From: Desulfatiglandales bacterium
GTDB lineage: Bacteria > Desulfobacterota > DSM-4660 > Desulfatiglandales > Desulfatiglandaceae
Assembly (NCBI GenBank): GCA_963662465.1
Contig: OY759599.1
Location: 4,512,001-4,576,000 of the forward strand
DNA length: 64,000 bases
Reading direction: 5' to 3'
A program made the translations under genes and the position numbers. The notes under the pieces are model-generated. The model did not search any database. It saw only the letters and a list, made by a program, of their open reading frames with translations, and was not told the origin of the DNA. Each line of letters begins with the position of its first letter. Within the stretch, counting starts at the first letter, position 1. Positions 10,764-20,173 of this stretch are shown here, in pieces.

Positions 10764-11585
10764 ATGATATTGCCTTTTCATCCGTGCATGAACCACGATG
10801 CCCATTACCAGGTTCCACGCCTGCATTTGCCGGTAGCGCCAAAATGCAACTTGAGCTGTCGCTTTTGCGAACGGAACATCGACCCGAAAAATTCTTTGAT
10901 CAGTGCTCCCGGCGTAGCCACTGAAATCATGACTCCCGGACAAGCCCTTGAAAAAACCGGACGGTTTTTAAACCGATGGGGTATGTCTGCGATTGTCGGT
11001 ATCGCCGGTCCGGGAGACCCTTTGGCCAATCCTGAAACCCTTGAGACATTCAGGTTGATCCGAAAACGTTATCAAAATGTGAACCTCTGCATTTGTACCA
11101 ACGGTTTAAACCTACCAGAAGCGGTGTCTGAATTAAAGAGACTCAATGTCAAATATCTGACCGTTACAGTCAACGGCCTAGACCCGGCGATTGTCGCAAA
11201 AATCCAACCCTGGATCAACAAAAACGAGACCTTCTTCAGAGGACATGAAGGCGCCCGCATATTGATTCAGAATCAACTGGAGGGAATTCAGGCTGCTGTC
11301 AAAACCGGACTTATCGTCAAGATCAATTCGGTTGTGGTCCCGGGGATTAATGAGATTCATATTGCCGCCATCGCCCAAAAAGCCCGCAACCTGGGCGCCA
11401 CTGTCATCAACCCCATGCCGCTGATCCCCAGAGGCGGGCTAAAGAAATTTAAAGCCCCTTCCAGTGCACAGATGCGGTTCATATATAAAGTCTGTGAAAC
11501 TCAATTGCCGGTTTTTAAGCTGTGCCGTCAGTGCCGTGCGGATGCCGAAGGCATACCGGGAAAGGAGCGACTCTTATGCCGTTAG
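10764..11585 (+). CDS. NifB-like radical SAM protein (SAM domain only)
   Basis: HPC, RLHLPVAPKCNLSCRFC, IAGPGDPL, TVTVN and CRQCRADAEG present; ExRP absent; no NifX domain. Start re-called at ATG 10764 after GGAG. Confidence 0.85.
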   Translation: MILPFHPCMNHDAHYQVPRLHLPVAPKCNLSCRFCERNIDPKNSLISAPGVATEIMTPGQALEKTGRFLNRWGMSAIVGIAGPGDPLANPETLETFRLIRKRYQNVNLCICTNGLNLPEAVSELKRLNVKYLTVTVNGLDPAIVAKIQPWINKNETFFRGHEGARILIQNQLEGIQAAVKTGLIVKINSVVVPGINEIHIAAIAQKARNLGATVINPMPLIPRGGLKKFKAPSSAQMRFIYKVCETQLPVFKLCRQCRADAEGIPGKERLLCR

Positions 11586-12436
11586 AACAAAAGAACGTTA
11601 GCCGACGTGCTTTTTTAAAATCTTCCGGGCTGGCCCTGACCGGGACCCTTGCGGTGTCTGCCGTGGCAAAAGCCGGTGAAGGTAAAAAGCGCTCTCTACA
11701 GGTTTGGTCCTGCGGTGGTTTGGCTGAGGCCTTTATTCCGGCAAATAAAAGGTATGAAAAGGAAAATGGATGCGCAATCGCCTACACCGGCGCGTTTGCC
11801 GGTGCCCTTGGAAAAACCCTGTTAGGGGGCAGCGGCCGGACGGAAGTATTTGCGCCGCGCGTTCTGGGTTTGGCCAAAAAATTGAAAGCACAGGGCAAGA
11901 TGCTAAGCTATAAACCGCTCTGCTTTGCCCAATATGGCCTTGTGGTCCCAAAAGGCAATCCCGCAAACATTCAAAGCATTCAGGACATGGCAAAACCGGG
12001 TGTTCGGGTCGTTTTATCCCCCGATGCATCGCCGCCGGGAGGCAAGGCGTCCATGGTCATTTTAAAAAAGGCGGGCATTATTGAACAGGTGCAAAAAAAT
12101 GCCGTTGTACGGGGAGACTGCGTTCAGACCGCTCTGCCGGCCCTTTTAAACGGTCAGGGAGATGTGGCGGTGGCGGAACTGAGACTGACACGCCTGCCCG
12201 AGTTCAAAGGGAAAGTCGACTGGATCGAAATTCCGGAAAAATACATGCCTCCGCCTCCCATGCCCTTTACCATCGGCGTGATGAAATGGGCCAAAAACAT
12301 TGATATGGCGGAACATTATGTTCGGTTTATCTTATCGGCAAAGGGTCAGAGCTGTTTTGAGAAAGCCGGTTTTATTCCGGCCATGTCGGAAAAAGGGAAA
12401 AGACTCAGCGTAAAATACGGAGTGATCGATGCTTGA
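11576..12436 (+). CDS. Tat-exported ModA-fold substrate-binding-like protein, Cys-substituted
   Basis: SRRAFLK Tat signal; LVVPKGNPANIQSIQDMAKPGVRV is typical of the ModA family; WSCGG and GDCV at presumed ligand loops. Confidence 0.75.
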   Translation: MPLEQKNVSRRAFLKSSGLALTGTLAVSAVAKAGEGKKRSLQVWSCGGLAEAFIPANKRYEKENGCAIAYTGAFAGALGKTLLGGSGRTEVFAPRVLGLAKKLKAQGKMLSYKPLCFAQYGLVVPKGNPANIQSIQDMAKPGVRVVLSPDASPPGGKASMVILKKAGIIEQVQKNAVVRGDCVQTALPALLNGQGDVAVAELRLTRLPEFKGKVDWIEIPEKYMPPPPMPFTIGVMKWAKNIDMAEHYVRFILSAKGQSCFEKAGFIPAMSEKGKRLSVKYGVIDA

Positions 12437-13171
12437 TGCAATTAAAATACAATGGAAACGGCGGTTGGTCCAGTTGATGTCATTGGCTGTCATGGGTGAA
12501 TTCTCATTTTACGGTGTCTTTCGGTGTCCTTTTGCCGTTCCCTACGTTAGCTGCGGTAATTGTCCGGTCATTCAGTGCCCGGGACGAAAATTGTGGCTGA
12601 CGGTCTGGCTGGTCATTCTGGTATCCGCCATTCTGTTCGGCCGCGCTTTCTGCGGCTGGGCATGCCCCGGAGGCCTCCTCTCGGAAATTCTATCACAATT
12701 TTCGCTGCTGCGAAAAAAAATTACAGGCCGAATGGAGATGATCCTCAGCACGGGAAAATACATGGTTTTGGCGGTAAGTCTTTATTTTGTTTTTTTCACC
12801 ATCAATCCGCGATGGGCCATCCCATAAGGACCGGAGATTTTTTCAACTCCGTCAAACTGACCTTTGAACATGGGAATGGGCTCTGGCTGACCCGGACCAT
12901 CATAGTCCTCGGAGGGTTGGCTCTGTGCCTGCTCATTCCCCACTTCTGGTGTCGGTACCTTTGTCCCACGGGCGGATGTCTGGAAATTTTCCGGAAAATA
13001 TCCATATTTAAATATTTCAAAACTTCCGACTGCAATGATTGCGATGCCTGTTTAAGATCGTGCCATATGGAGACCCGGCCGAAAGAGATCAACTGCACCA
13101 ACTGCGGCGACTGCGCCGGTTCCTGTCCCGTTGATGCCATCAAATTCGGGGTTCGCGACAAATCCGAATAA
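12429..13171 (+). pseudogene. NapH/YccM-like membrane 4Fe-4S protein with a one-base frameshift near 12820
   Basis: GRAFCGWACPGG in the first frame; FWCRYLCPTG and two CxxCxxCxxxC in the second. Adding one C to ATCCCATAAGG restores ...WAIPIRTGDFF. Confidence 0.8.
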
Positions 13172-13234
13172 CGTGCGAATCGCTGACTTTTATTTCCACG
13201 CATACTCCGGCTTGCTGAAAAAGCGTGCGAGATC

Positions 13235-13298
13235 GGGGGGCAAGTCTACGGTTGGCCTTTGATAATTTTAACAAGAGTCAATGGTAGACTTGACCCCC
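13235..13298. repeat. REP-like imperfect palindrome
   Basis: GGGGGGCAAGTCTACGGTTGGCCTTTG ... CAAGAGTCAATGGTAGACTTGACCCCC. Confidence 0.6.
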
Positions 13299-13553
13299 AA
13301 TACGTAGCCTCCAATGCCTTCAAAAGCATGGCTTTTTTATGGGAGGGATGATGACCTGCGACCGAATCATGAGGTGTGGTCGTGATGAATTAAGGCTGTC
13401 GCCCCAAATCCTTTTCAATGGTAAGCTAAAATGCTATGAGCCGGTAAAGGACAATGATTTCTGGTGGTTTGAACGGTGAATGGCCGCACTTCCTTCTCTA
13501 AAAGGAATTTCACTGTTTCGAAATCCAGGCGCAGATACACCCCCTATGGTCGT

Positions 13554-13841
13554 TTATTTTCCGCCACCTTCGGTCCAACCGTACCCATGGGCCGCAGCGC
13601 TGGTCCGGGTGACTTCAGCCCAGGGTTCCTGGGAAGCAAGATTCTTTTCGGCGCTTTCCCCAATCGGCTCCTTCCTGATGCGTTCGGCCAGATCTTTTAG
13701 CGGTTCAATGTTCCTGTTTTCAACCCGTTGAAATAGGGCGCCAATGTAGGTGGGAGAATCTTCCGTAAGCAAAGATTGTGAGACCGGAAGGTTGCGATAA
13801 AGCCCGCTGTAATCCATACTTGTTGCCGGCAGTCTATTCAT
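13554..13841 (-). pseudogene. O-methyltransferase pseudogene (internal deletion, frameshift, 3' loss)
   Basis: MNRLPATSMDYSGLY|RNLPVSQ lacks about 64 codons relative to the copy at 1-498; frameshift at TSAA(W). Confidence 0.8.
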
Positions 13842-14481
13842 GGCTTTCTCTCCTTCCTTTCAGACACACAACGTTTGTTTCCTTGCTGATGAGCTTTGAT
13901 TCCTCCACCAAAAATCCGGCCTTTTCCATCAACCCGGCAATTTCCGGCGGACTGACGATCCGATTCTCCCTGGGCGGTATTCCGAATTTCTCCAGATAAC
14001 GAATGCCCATAATAAGCTTTGACCGGAGCGCCATGCCATGGGATGTGGAATCCACCAGCACAATGCTTCCCCCAGGCTTGGTGACCCTGCGGCTTTCATT
14101 CAGAACATCCATCGGACGGCCGAGAATATGGATGACATTCCCTAAAAAAACGACATCGAAAACGCCGTCCGAAAACGAGGTGTGATAACAGTTTTCCATC
14201 TTCACTGTCGCATTTCGCAACGGATCCAGTCTCCGTTTCACAAGCCCAAGCATTTCAAGAGATCGGTCCGTGGCCGTCAGATGCCTGACTTTGCCTGCAA
14301 TAACCAATGAAAAATGGCCGGTTCCGCAACCCAATTCCAACACCTCATCCTTGGCTTTGAACTGGTTCCCGATCCAGTGGTTTGTTGCCCACTGCGTTTT
14401 CTTTCCAACCACATAAGATGTGGCAGCGTCAAAATTACGTGCCTTTTTGCTCCAATATTTGTATTCTTTCTCGTTTTTCAT
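13834..14481 (-). CDS. Class I SAM-dependent methyltransferase (UbiE-like)
   Basis: VLELGCGTG, FDVVF, RVTKPGG. Confidence 0.88.
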   Translation of the reverse strand: MKNEKEYKYWSKKARNFDAATSYVVGKKTQWATNHWIGNQFKAKDEVLELGCGTGHFSLVIAGKVRHLTATDRSLEMLGLVKRRLDPLRNATVKMENCYHTSFSDGVFDVVFLGNVIHILGRPMDVLNESRRVTKPGGSIVLVDSTSHGMALRSKLIMGIRYLEKFGIPPRENRIVSPPEIAGLMEKAGFLVEESKLISKETNVVCLKGRRESHE

Positions 14482-14682
14482 TATGTTGACTCCCAAACGC
14501 TGAGATACAAAATCGATGGTGGAAAAAAACGCGCATTAGTGCCTTACAGATCAAATGCTTCGAAAAAAACAAGATGATCAATATAACAAAATGAGTTCAT
14601 TGGTAAAATAACTTAAAACTTAAAACTGCGGCTTGCCGCTTTAGTTTCAATAACATGCGTCTGAAGCCGATAACCCGTTTAA

Positions 14683-15840
14683 TCAAAAATCGGCCGTGAG
14701 TCGCACGCCCAGGATCCACCCCTTTGGGCTGTCGCCCTCTTTCATTACATCCTTCATGTATTGAACATCACCGGTGACGGCGAAAATGTCATTGAGGGCG
14801 AACCGGCCGTAGGCCTCAAACACGTCTGTGCTATCCGCATTCATGTTTCCACCCATCAGATAGCCATAAGCGATCCCGATATTATCCGATGCTCGCCCCC
14901 AGAGCTTTCCGCTGACATTCAATCCACCGGAATAGAGGTCTCCATAAGTTACGGCGGCGGCATCATCCTGCCAGGCAAACCGAATCTAAGTCCCCAAAAT
15001 TTTGCCAAACTGCTGATCAAAGGAGATGGATGCCGCACCCAGCCGCTCCTTTCCGTTGCCGGTCACATTGCTGAAATCACTGCTCGTTGTATCCACGAGC
15101 AACCGGTAGTTCCCTTTCCCGAGACGAAAATCCACAGTGTAACCCAACTGGATCCCAAAAAAATTGTAGGGTTCGTCAAGCGCCCCGGCTTCCCCATTGC
15201 TCCCAACGGCCATGGCCGCAGCATTAAGGGAAAACCCGCCGATACCCCATTCCATCACCACCCCGATGTCATAAGACGGCACAAAGGCATTGGGACCGTT
15301 TACAAAGGTCGCATTCATAAACTGGCGGTACTCATCATTGGCAAAGGCGTTTACGTCCAGATAGTCCGTGGCATCGATGATACCTCCGGTTAAACCCAGT
15401 GTGTGATCCTTGCTGAAACTGAAGGTATGCTTGTACCATGCCGTGAGGAGATAGTCGCGATTTCGGCCGTTGATGTTTTTAACGCCATCCTGAGTATCAC
15501 CACCCCACGAGGCCAAGATAAAGGGAGACCGGCCATCTTCCATCAATCCGTTTCCCGCGCCAAACCCAAACTTGACAAAAAATTCGTCGTTGCCGGTAGG
15601 GCGAAAACCGATTGTGGGCTGAAATGCTAAAAGACCGCTGCCTTCGCTCTCATGGTTCGGGAAATCCGTGATGCTCTGATACTGGTATATCCCAGCAATG
15701 ACGCCGCCCACTGAAAATTGGTCGTTGATTTCATGAGCAAACCCAGTCCGCCCCGGCAAAACAAACCCCAAGATCGTGCATAACAAACCCAGGACCTGCT
15801 TCTTTCTCGCCTTCGTGCCTTGTTGTATCGCTTGGGACAT
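14683..15840 (-). pseudogene. OprB-like outer-membrane porin interrupted by an in-frame TAG at 14986-14988
   Basis: Collinear with the intact paralog 34078-35214 (ILGT*IRFAWQDD vs ILGAWLRFGFQDD); both halves are in the same frame; ends in Phe. Confidence 0.8.
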
Positions 15841-15845
15841 GATGG

Positions 15846-16241
15846 CTAACTGGGATAAAACGGCATCAGTTCGTCGAACAGCTTTTCATCCCGGAACACC
15901 AGACCGCCCCGGCGGGCGTCATTGGCGATCATATCGGAAGAAAAAAGGGAAACCGTCTGCCGGTGAATGCATAGCACATAGTAATCCATTTTGAACAACT
16001 CCACACGATAAAGCGTTTTGGGTTTGGGATTGCCCTTATAACTGTCGGCACTGAGATAAACCCTTCTCCCATCTTTTTTAACCCGGTTCAGGGCCTTGGC
16101 AATAACCCTTCTGATCTCGTTTGCATTTCGCCGCTTACGTCTGACGGCCGGATCGCCGACCCTTTCTTTATAGGAGTTAACCGTGTGGGCGCCGATCGAC
16201 CAGTCGCTATTGACGCGTTTCCTGATTTTAGCCATGATCAT
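15846..16241 (-). CDS. Hypothetical basic protein
   Basis: 131-aa ORF with AAGGAG RBS, in operon orientation. Confidence 0.6.
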   Translation of the reverse strand: MIMAKIRKRVNSDWSIGAHTVNSYKERVGDPAVRRKRRNANEIRRVIAKALNRVKKDGRRVYLSADSYKGNPKPKTLYRVELFKMDYYVLCIHRQTVSLFSSDMIANDARRGGLVFRDEKLFDELMPFYPS

Positions 16242-16314
16242 CTCCTTTCAAATCGCCCTTTCCGAAATTGGGAAAGCTATAAAAAGGTAAAAGCGGCGGA
16301 TACGGAATAATCCG

Positions 16315-16500
16315 TCAATCAATCCTGACGATTTTCACCGTACATCCAACCCAGCTGGATGGAAGATATATCCTCCCACTGTTGCAGCTGTTGCAGCTGG
16401 ACTTGACTTGCTTTTCAAGGATCTCTTTGCCGTAAATTTCAAGCCGGGCCCATCCGGATTTCCCTTGCGGTTTGTTGACGACGTATTTTTCCATATTCAT
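16315..16500 (-). CDS. DUF2080-like small protein
   Basis: EIYGKEILEKQVK...GRIYLPSSWVG..VKIVRID; abuts the flavodoxin stop codon. Confidence 0.7.
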   Translation of the reverse strand: MNMEKYVVNKPQGKSGWARLEIYGKEILEKQVKSSCNSCNSGRIYLPSSWVGCTVKIVRID

Positions 16501-16950
16501 CTATTGGACTTGTTCTGCAACCATTGCGGCCCAGTCTTTAATGCCCTCATCCGCGTCATCGGGGTCCCCGTCGATCTTCAACGATACAGTCACAAGCTTT
16601 CCGCCCAGTTCCTCCACCTTTTCTTCAATGACATCCACGGCACCGCAAAAATGCTTATAGGAGCTGTCGCCACAGCCAAAAACCGCCACTTTCTTGCCGA
16701 TTAGAGATATTTGATCCATGTTCTCATAAAATTCGGCGAAATCCTCTTGAATTTCGATCTCTTCATCGCCCCAGGTGGAAGATCCCAAAAGAAGCAGATC
16801 ATAATCCCAAGTGAGTTCTTCAACCGAAGTCTCATCCACGTTCTTCAAAACCATATCCCATTCCTTTTCCTCTAAAACATCGTTGATCACTTCCGCCATC
16901 GACTCGGTGTTGCCGGTTGTTGAACCGAAAACAATCAATGCATTACTCAT
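16501..16950 (-). CDS. Short-chain flavodoxin
   Basis: FGSTTGNTE, GSSTWG, AVFGCGDSSY.HFCGAVD; start re-called at MSNAL. Confidence 0.93.
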   Translation of the reverse strand: MSNALIVFGSTTGNTESMAEVINDVLEEKEWDMVLKNVDETSVEELTWDYDLLLLGSSTWGDEEIEIQEDFAEFYENMDQISLIGKKVAVFGCGDSSYKHFCGAVDVIEEKVEELGGKLVTVSLKIDGDPDDADEGIKDWAAMVAEQVQ

Positions 16951-17057
16951 TTGTTTCTCTCCCTTGGTTAATTCCCCTACGGAAACATCATCAGGCCATT
17001 TTATTTTCAGGAGTTTTATTAAAAACAATACAACTTAGGCGTTTGCACACCAGAAAG

Positions 17058-17786
17058 TCACATCTTCACTTCGTCCGCATCCTGCAAAAGATCGGATTCC
17101 GATCTCATGCGTGCCACTCTGCGATTGATCCTTTTGATCATGAACCTGTAAACAAACAGCACTATGGCATTGTGGCGGTTTTTATATTTGTCGGTCCCGT
17201 AATAGTCGGAAGGATCACGCCAGACACCCTGGTCTTTGACAACGGCATCCATTTGGACAAATTTTTCTTCTTCGATATTAAAATCAGCGCTCGCCTCCCC
17301 GCCGGAACATGAAATGGAATATCCCGTGTCCCACCCTTTCTCACTGAGGGCATTTCTGCCCGCAATGTAGAATGCCTTGTCATTGATAAACGAATCCAGC
17401 CTGCGCCATGTCCCGTCTATTTTGACTTCAATCCAGCTATGGGAGAGCAAAGACGGCATTAAAGCATAGCCGATTCCGGTGAAAAGACCCCTTTGTATCT
17501 CTTTTTTTATAAGGGAAAAATGGATGCGTGCAGGAATGCCAACGGCCTTGCACAAAGCCAGAAACAGTACACCCTTGGTATTGCATTGCCCCATTCCGAG
17601 TCTGATGGTGTCGGAGGCCTTCACCAAGTCTCCATCTTCTGGAAAACCGAAGCGGATTTCGTCGCGAACATAGTAAAACAGTTTTTCCAGCTTCCCGCGT
17701 AAGGAGGCTTCTCCCCCGACCAGTCTCTCTGCGGTATCGCGAACCAGAGAATGGTCGTAATCCACTAATCCGGATTTTGCTTTCAT
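17058..17786 (-). CDS. Transglutaminase-like protein
   Basis: GQCNTK, LCKAVGIPAR, HSWIEV and D form the Cys-His-Asp triad. Confidence 0.85.
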   Translation of the reverse strand: MKAKSGLVDYDHSLVRDTAERLVGGEASLRGKLEKLFYYVRDEIRFGFPEDGDLVKASDTIRLGMGQCNTKGVLFLALCKAVGIPARIHFSLIKKEIQRGLFTGIGYALMPSLLSHSWIEVKIDGTWRRLDSFINDKAFYIAGRNALSEKGWDTGYSISCSGGEASADFNIEEEKFVQMDAVVKDQGVWRDPSDYYGTDKYKNRHNAIVLFVYRFMIKRINRRVARMRSESDLLQDADEVKM

Positions 17787-18088
17787 GTCTTGCCCTCATC
17801 TGGTGAAGCCCTTGAAACACCGCTTCAGCGAGCCGATTTCGCCGGCTTCACTGAATTTTTTCATCTCGATTCTCTTATTTTTTTCTTGAAATATCCGGCT
17901 CCATCGGCAGTTTCCCCAAATGCCGGGTAAGCGTACTCCTGAGAACGTAACAGATTTTGAAGGCCGCCACATGGGATAACGTACCGGATACAAACAAGAT
18001 CAGAGAACGTAAAATAACGATCCCCGCGGCAAAAAAAAGCCATCTTTCGGATATATAAGAATAATCATTGGGGCCAAAATGGTTTTAT

Positions 18089-18397
18089 TTAAACAATGAC
18101 TACGGAATTCTCAGCATCCTCATATGGGGTGGGGACATATCTGTCAGCGTTCCAATCATTCGCCCAATCCGTCCCATTCAGAAGATAACGAAACTGGTAT
18201 TCTCTGCCTTTTTCCAGATCAATCACCGCATTGAACGCACCCTTTTTTAATCTTTTCATGGGAGTGGCAGAAACATTCCAGTTATTAAACTCACCAACAA
18301 TATGGACGGATTTGGCGGATTTGGCCTGTTTTTTGTTCAGCCTGAACGTGACTTTACATACAGGCTTTCTCTTAAGGTACTGTCTTTTAACACTCAT
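18089..18397 (-). CDS. CBM48/isoamylase early-set domain protein
   Basis: KVTFRL, VGEFNNW, YQFRYL, W.ND..AD.Y, NSVV. Confidence 0.85.
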   Translation of the reverse strand: MSVKRQYLKRKPVCKVTFRLNKKQAKSAKSVHIVGEFNNWNVSATPMKRLKKGAFNAVIDLEKGREYQFRYLLNGTDWANDWNADRYVPTPYEDAENSVVIV

Positions 18398-18425
18398 AAT
18401 AACCTCCAAATCTAACTTGGGACCT

Positions 18426-19274
18426 TCATCCCGATTGGAATCCTGCCATACCATGCGGAACAGAACGGGGATGCGGCCAAGCAAACCGTAAGCGTACGAT
18501 TCTGTCGTTAAAGCGCCTTTTAAACCAAGGGATTAAAGCCAACCAACCCATCCATCGCCATCGATCCTTATGATAGTCGAAATAATTCCATTCTTCGACA
18601 AAGCGGATCGCGGGATTGAAAGCTTCCATCTCCCGACCGTGTTGAATCCCCCATTTGAACGTAACCCCGATTTTACGGACCGTATCATGCTGTTTGCTTT
18701 TCTTAACCAGGGCCGGGGTCATCATCTCAAACAGCATCTCAGCCCCGGGAAACGCAGCCACAAGGCTGTTCATCAAATCCCTCACCCGGGCTTCTTCAAA
18801 GTACATCAATATCCCTTCGGCAATAATGAGTACCGGAAGATCGGCGGAATGCACATCCTTGATCCAGGAAAAATCAAAGATCGACTTAGCGATCATCCGA
18901 TATCTCGGAGATTCTTCAAAATACACCCTTCGAACGCGAATGGGTTCGGGCAGATCAAGGTCATGCCACCGTATTCTGCCATTATCGAGTCTGGAGTACC
19001 GTGTATCCAGCCCGGCGCCGAGGTTAATGATCACGCAATCGGGATGCGCATCGATAAAGCCCTTTGTTGCAGAATCCAGGAGCATGGTTCGGATGGCGAC
19101 GCCCACCTGAGACATCCAGGCACGGTTGAATTTGGAAAAATCATAATCCATTTTCCCGACGATCTTGACGGCCAGATCATCTTTCACGATAGGATTGGGC
19201 CGCCCGGTTTCAGCTGCTCTGGCCCAAAGAGGGATCAGCGATGTTTCGGAAAGGCCGTTCAAATGGTGTTTCAT
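18426..19274 (-). CDS. TcmP/LCM-family SAM methyltransferase
   Basis: ETSLIPLWARA, INLGAGLDTR, DLDLPE, IAEGILMY. Confidence 0.88.
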   Translation of the reverse strand: MKHHLNGLSETSLIPLWARAAETGRPNPIVKDDLAVKIVGKMDYDFSKFNRAWMSQVGVAIRTMLLDSATKGFIDAHPDCVIINLGAGLDTRYSRLDNGRIRWHDLDLPEPIRVRRVYFEESPRYRMIAKSIFDFSWIKDVHSADLPVLIIAEGILMYFEEARVRDLMNSLVAAFPGAEMLFEMMTPALVKKSKQHDTVRKIGVTFKWGIQHGREMEAFNPAIRFVEEWNYFDYHKDRWRWMGWLALIPWFKRRFNDRIVRLRFAWPHPRSVPHGMAGFQSG

Positions 19275-19376
19275 TTCGTTCAAACCTCCATTCTCCGGAA
19301 TTTATTTTTGAGCATATTATCCGGGATTTCCGGTTCCGCGATTGGGTGTTATCTTAAGCCGACATGGGCTATTTCC

Positions 19377-20096
19377 TCATTTAATCGCCTCAACCTGGAT
19401 GACATGAGCCTCATCCGGACCGAAGTGAATACGGAGTCCGTCCATGGTCTCGATGGCAAGATGATTTCCGGGCCCGTAGGCGATCCGCTTTCCCTGCTCG
19501 ATCCCCACCAAGGCCAGGACCGTACCCGGCGTGATCCCTAAGCCCGTCAGATACTTCCGGGCGCGGGCACCCCCAAGGAGTTTGCTGACTTTGAATTCTT
19601 TCCGGACCTTTGCCGACGTGAACTGACATTCCGACCCTTCCATCACCCCCCAGATCTTTGAAGCAATCCCTTCCTGAAGATGGATGTGCTTCTTTCGATC
19701 CATGCCGGCCACGTATTCCATGGGAGGCAATTTGCGCAATAGTTTGATCCGCCCCCCCACCCCGAATCCAAGCGTCTCAAGGGTATTGATCAAGCCGGGT
19801 CCCCCGTTCAAGGCCTCAATGGTTCCCTCTTCATTCCGGTTCATCCGCGAAAGGGACGTCCTTCCGCCATCGGCTTTTCCCACGATAATTTTGGTGCACA
19901 TCCCCCCACCCAGAACCGCGTCCCTTTCCGATCCCCGAACACGAACGGACTGACGCACGATCTCTTCTTTCGGGAATTTTATAAACGTGGATCCGGGGAT
20001 CAACCCGATCCGTTTCAGGCTTTCGGCAAGTTTATTGTCTTCAACACGGGCCAGACGCAGAACGTCGCCCGGATGAGCATCTTCAAGGGTCAGCAT
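19377..20096 (-). CDS. Protein with three tandem FeoA (SH3-like) domains
   Basis: Repeats of L..IGLIPG / LETLGFGVG / LTGLGITPG. Confidence 0.75.
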   Translation of the reverse strand: MLTLEDAHPGDVLRLARVEDNKLAESLKRIGLIPGSTFIKFPKEEIVRQSVRVRGSERDAVLGGGMCTKIIVGKADGGRTSLSRMNRNEEGTIEALNGGPGLINTLETLGFGVGGRIKLLRKLPPMEYVAGMDRKKHIHLQEGIASKIWGVMEGSECQFTSAKVRKEFKVSKLLGGARARKYLTGLGITPGTVLALVGIEQGKRIAYGPGNHLAIETMDGLRIHFGPDEAHVIQVEAIK

Positions 20097-20173
20097 TTTT
20101 CAATCCCCCATATTAAACCGTTTCTTTCAAACGGTGATTCATTCACGGTTCCAAATCAAGGCATTACCCATCC

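Noticed and set aside
10764..11585. Nitrogen fixation locus (true nifB)
   Set aside because: ExRP motif missing, no nif genes in the window and no sigma54 -24/-12 site seen upstream.
14986..14988. Pyrrolysine read-through of the porin TAG
   Set aside because: It aligns to Trp in the paralog (one transition), the region holds other pseudogenes, and no pyl genes are visible.
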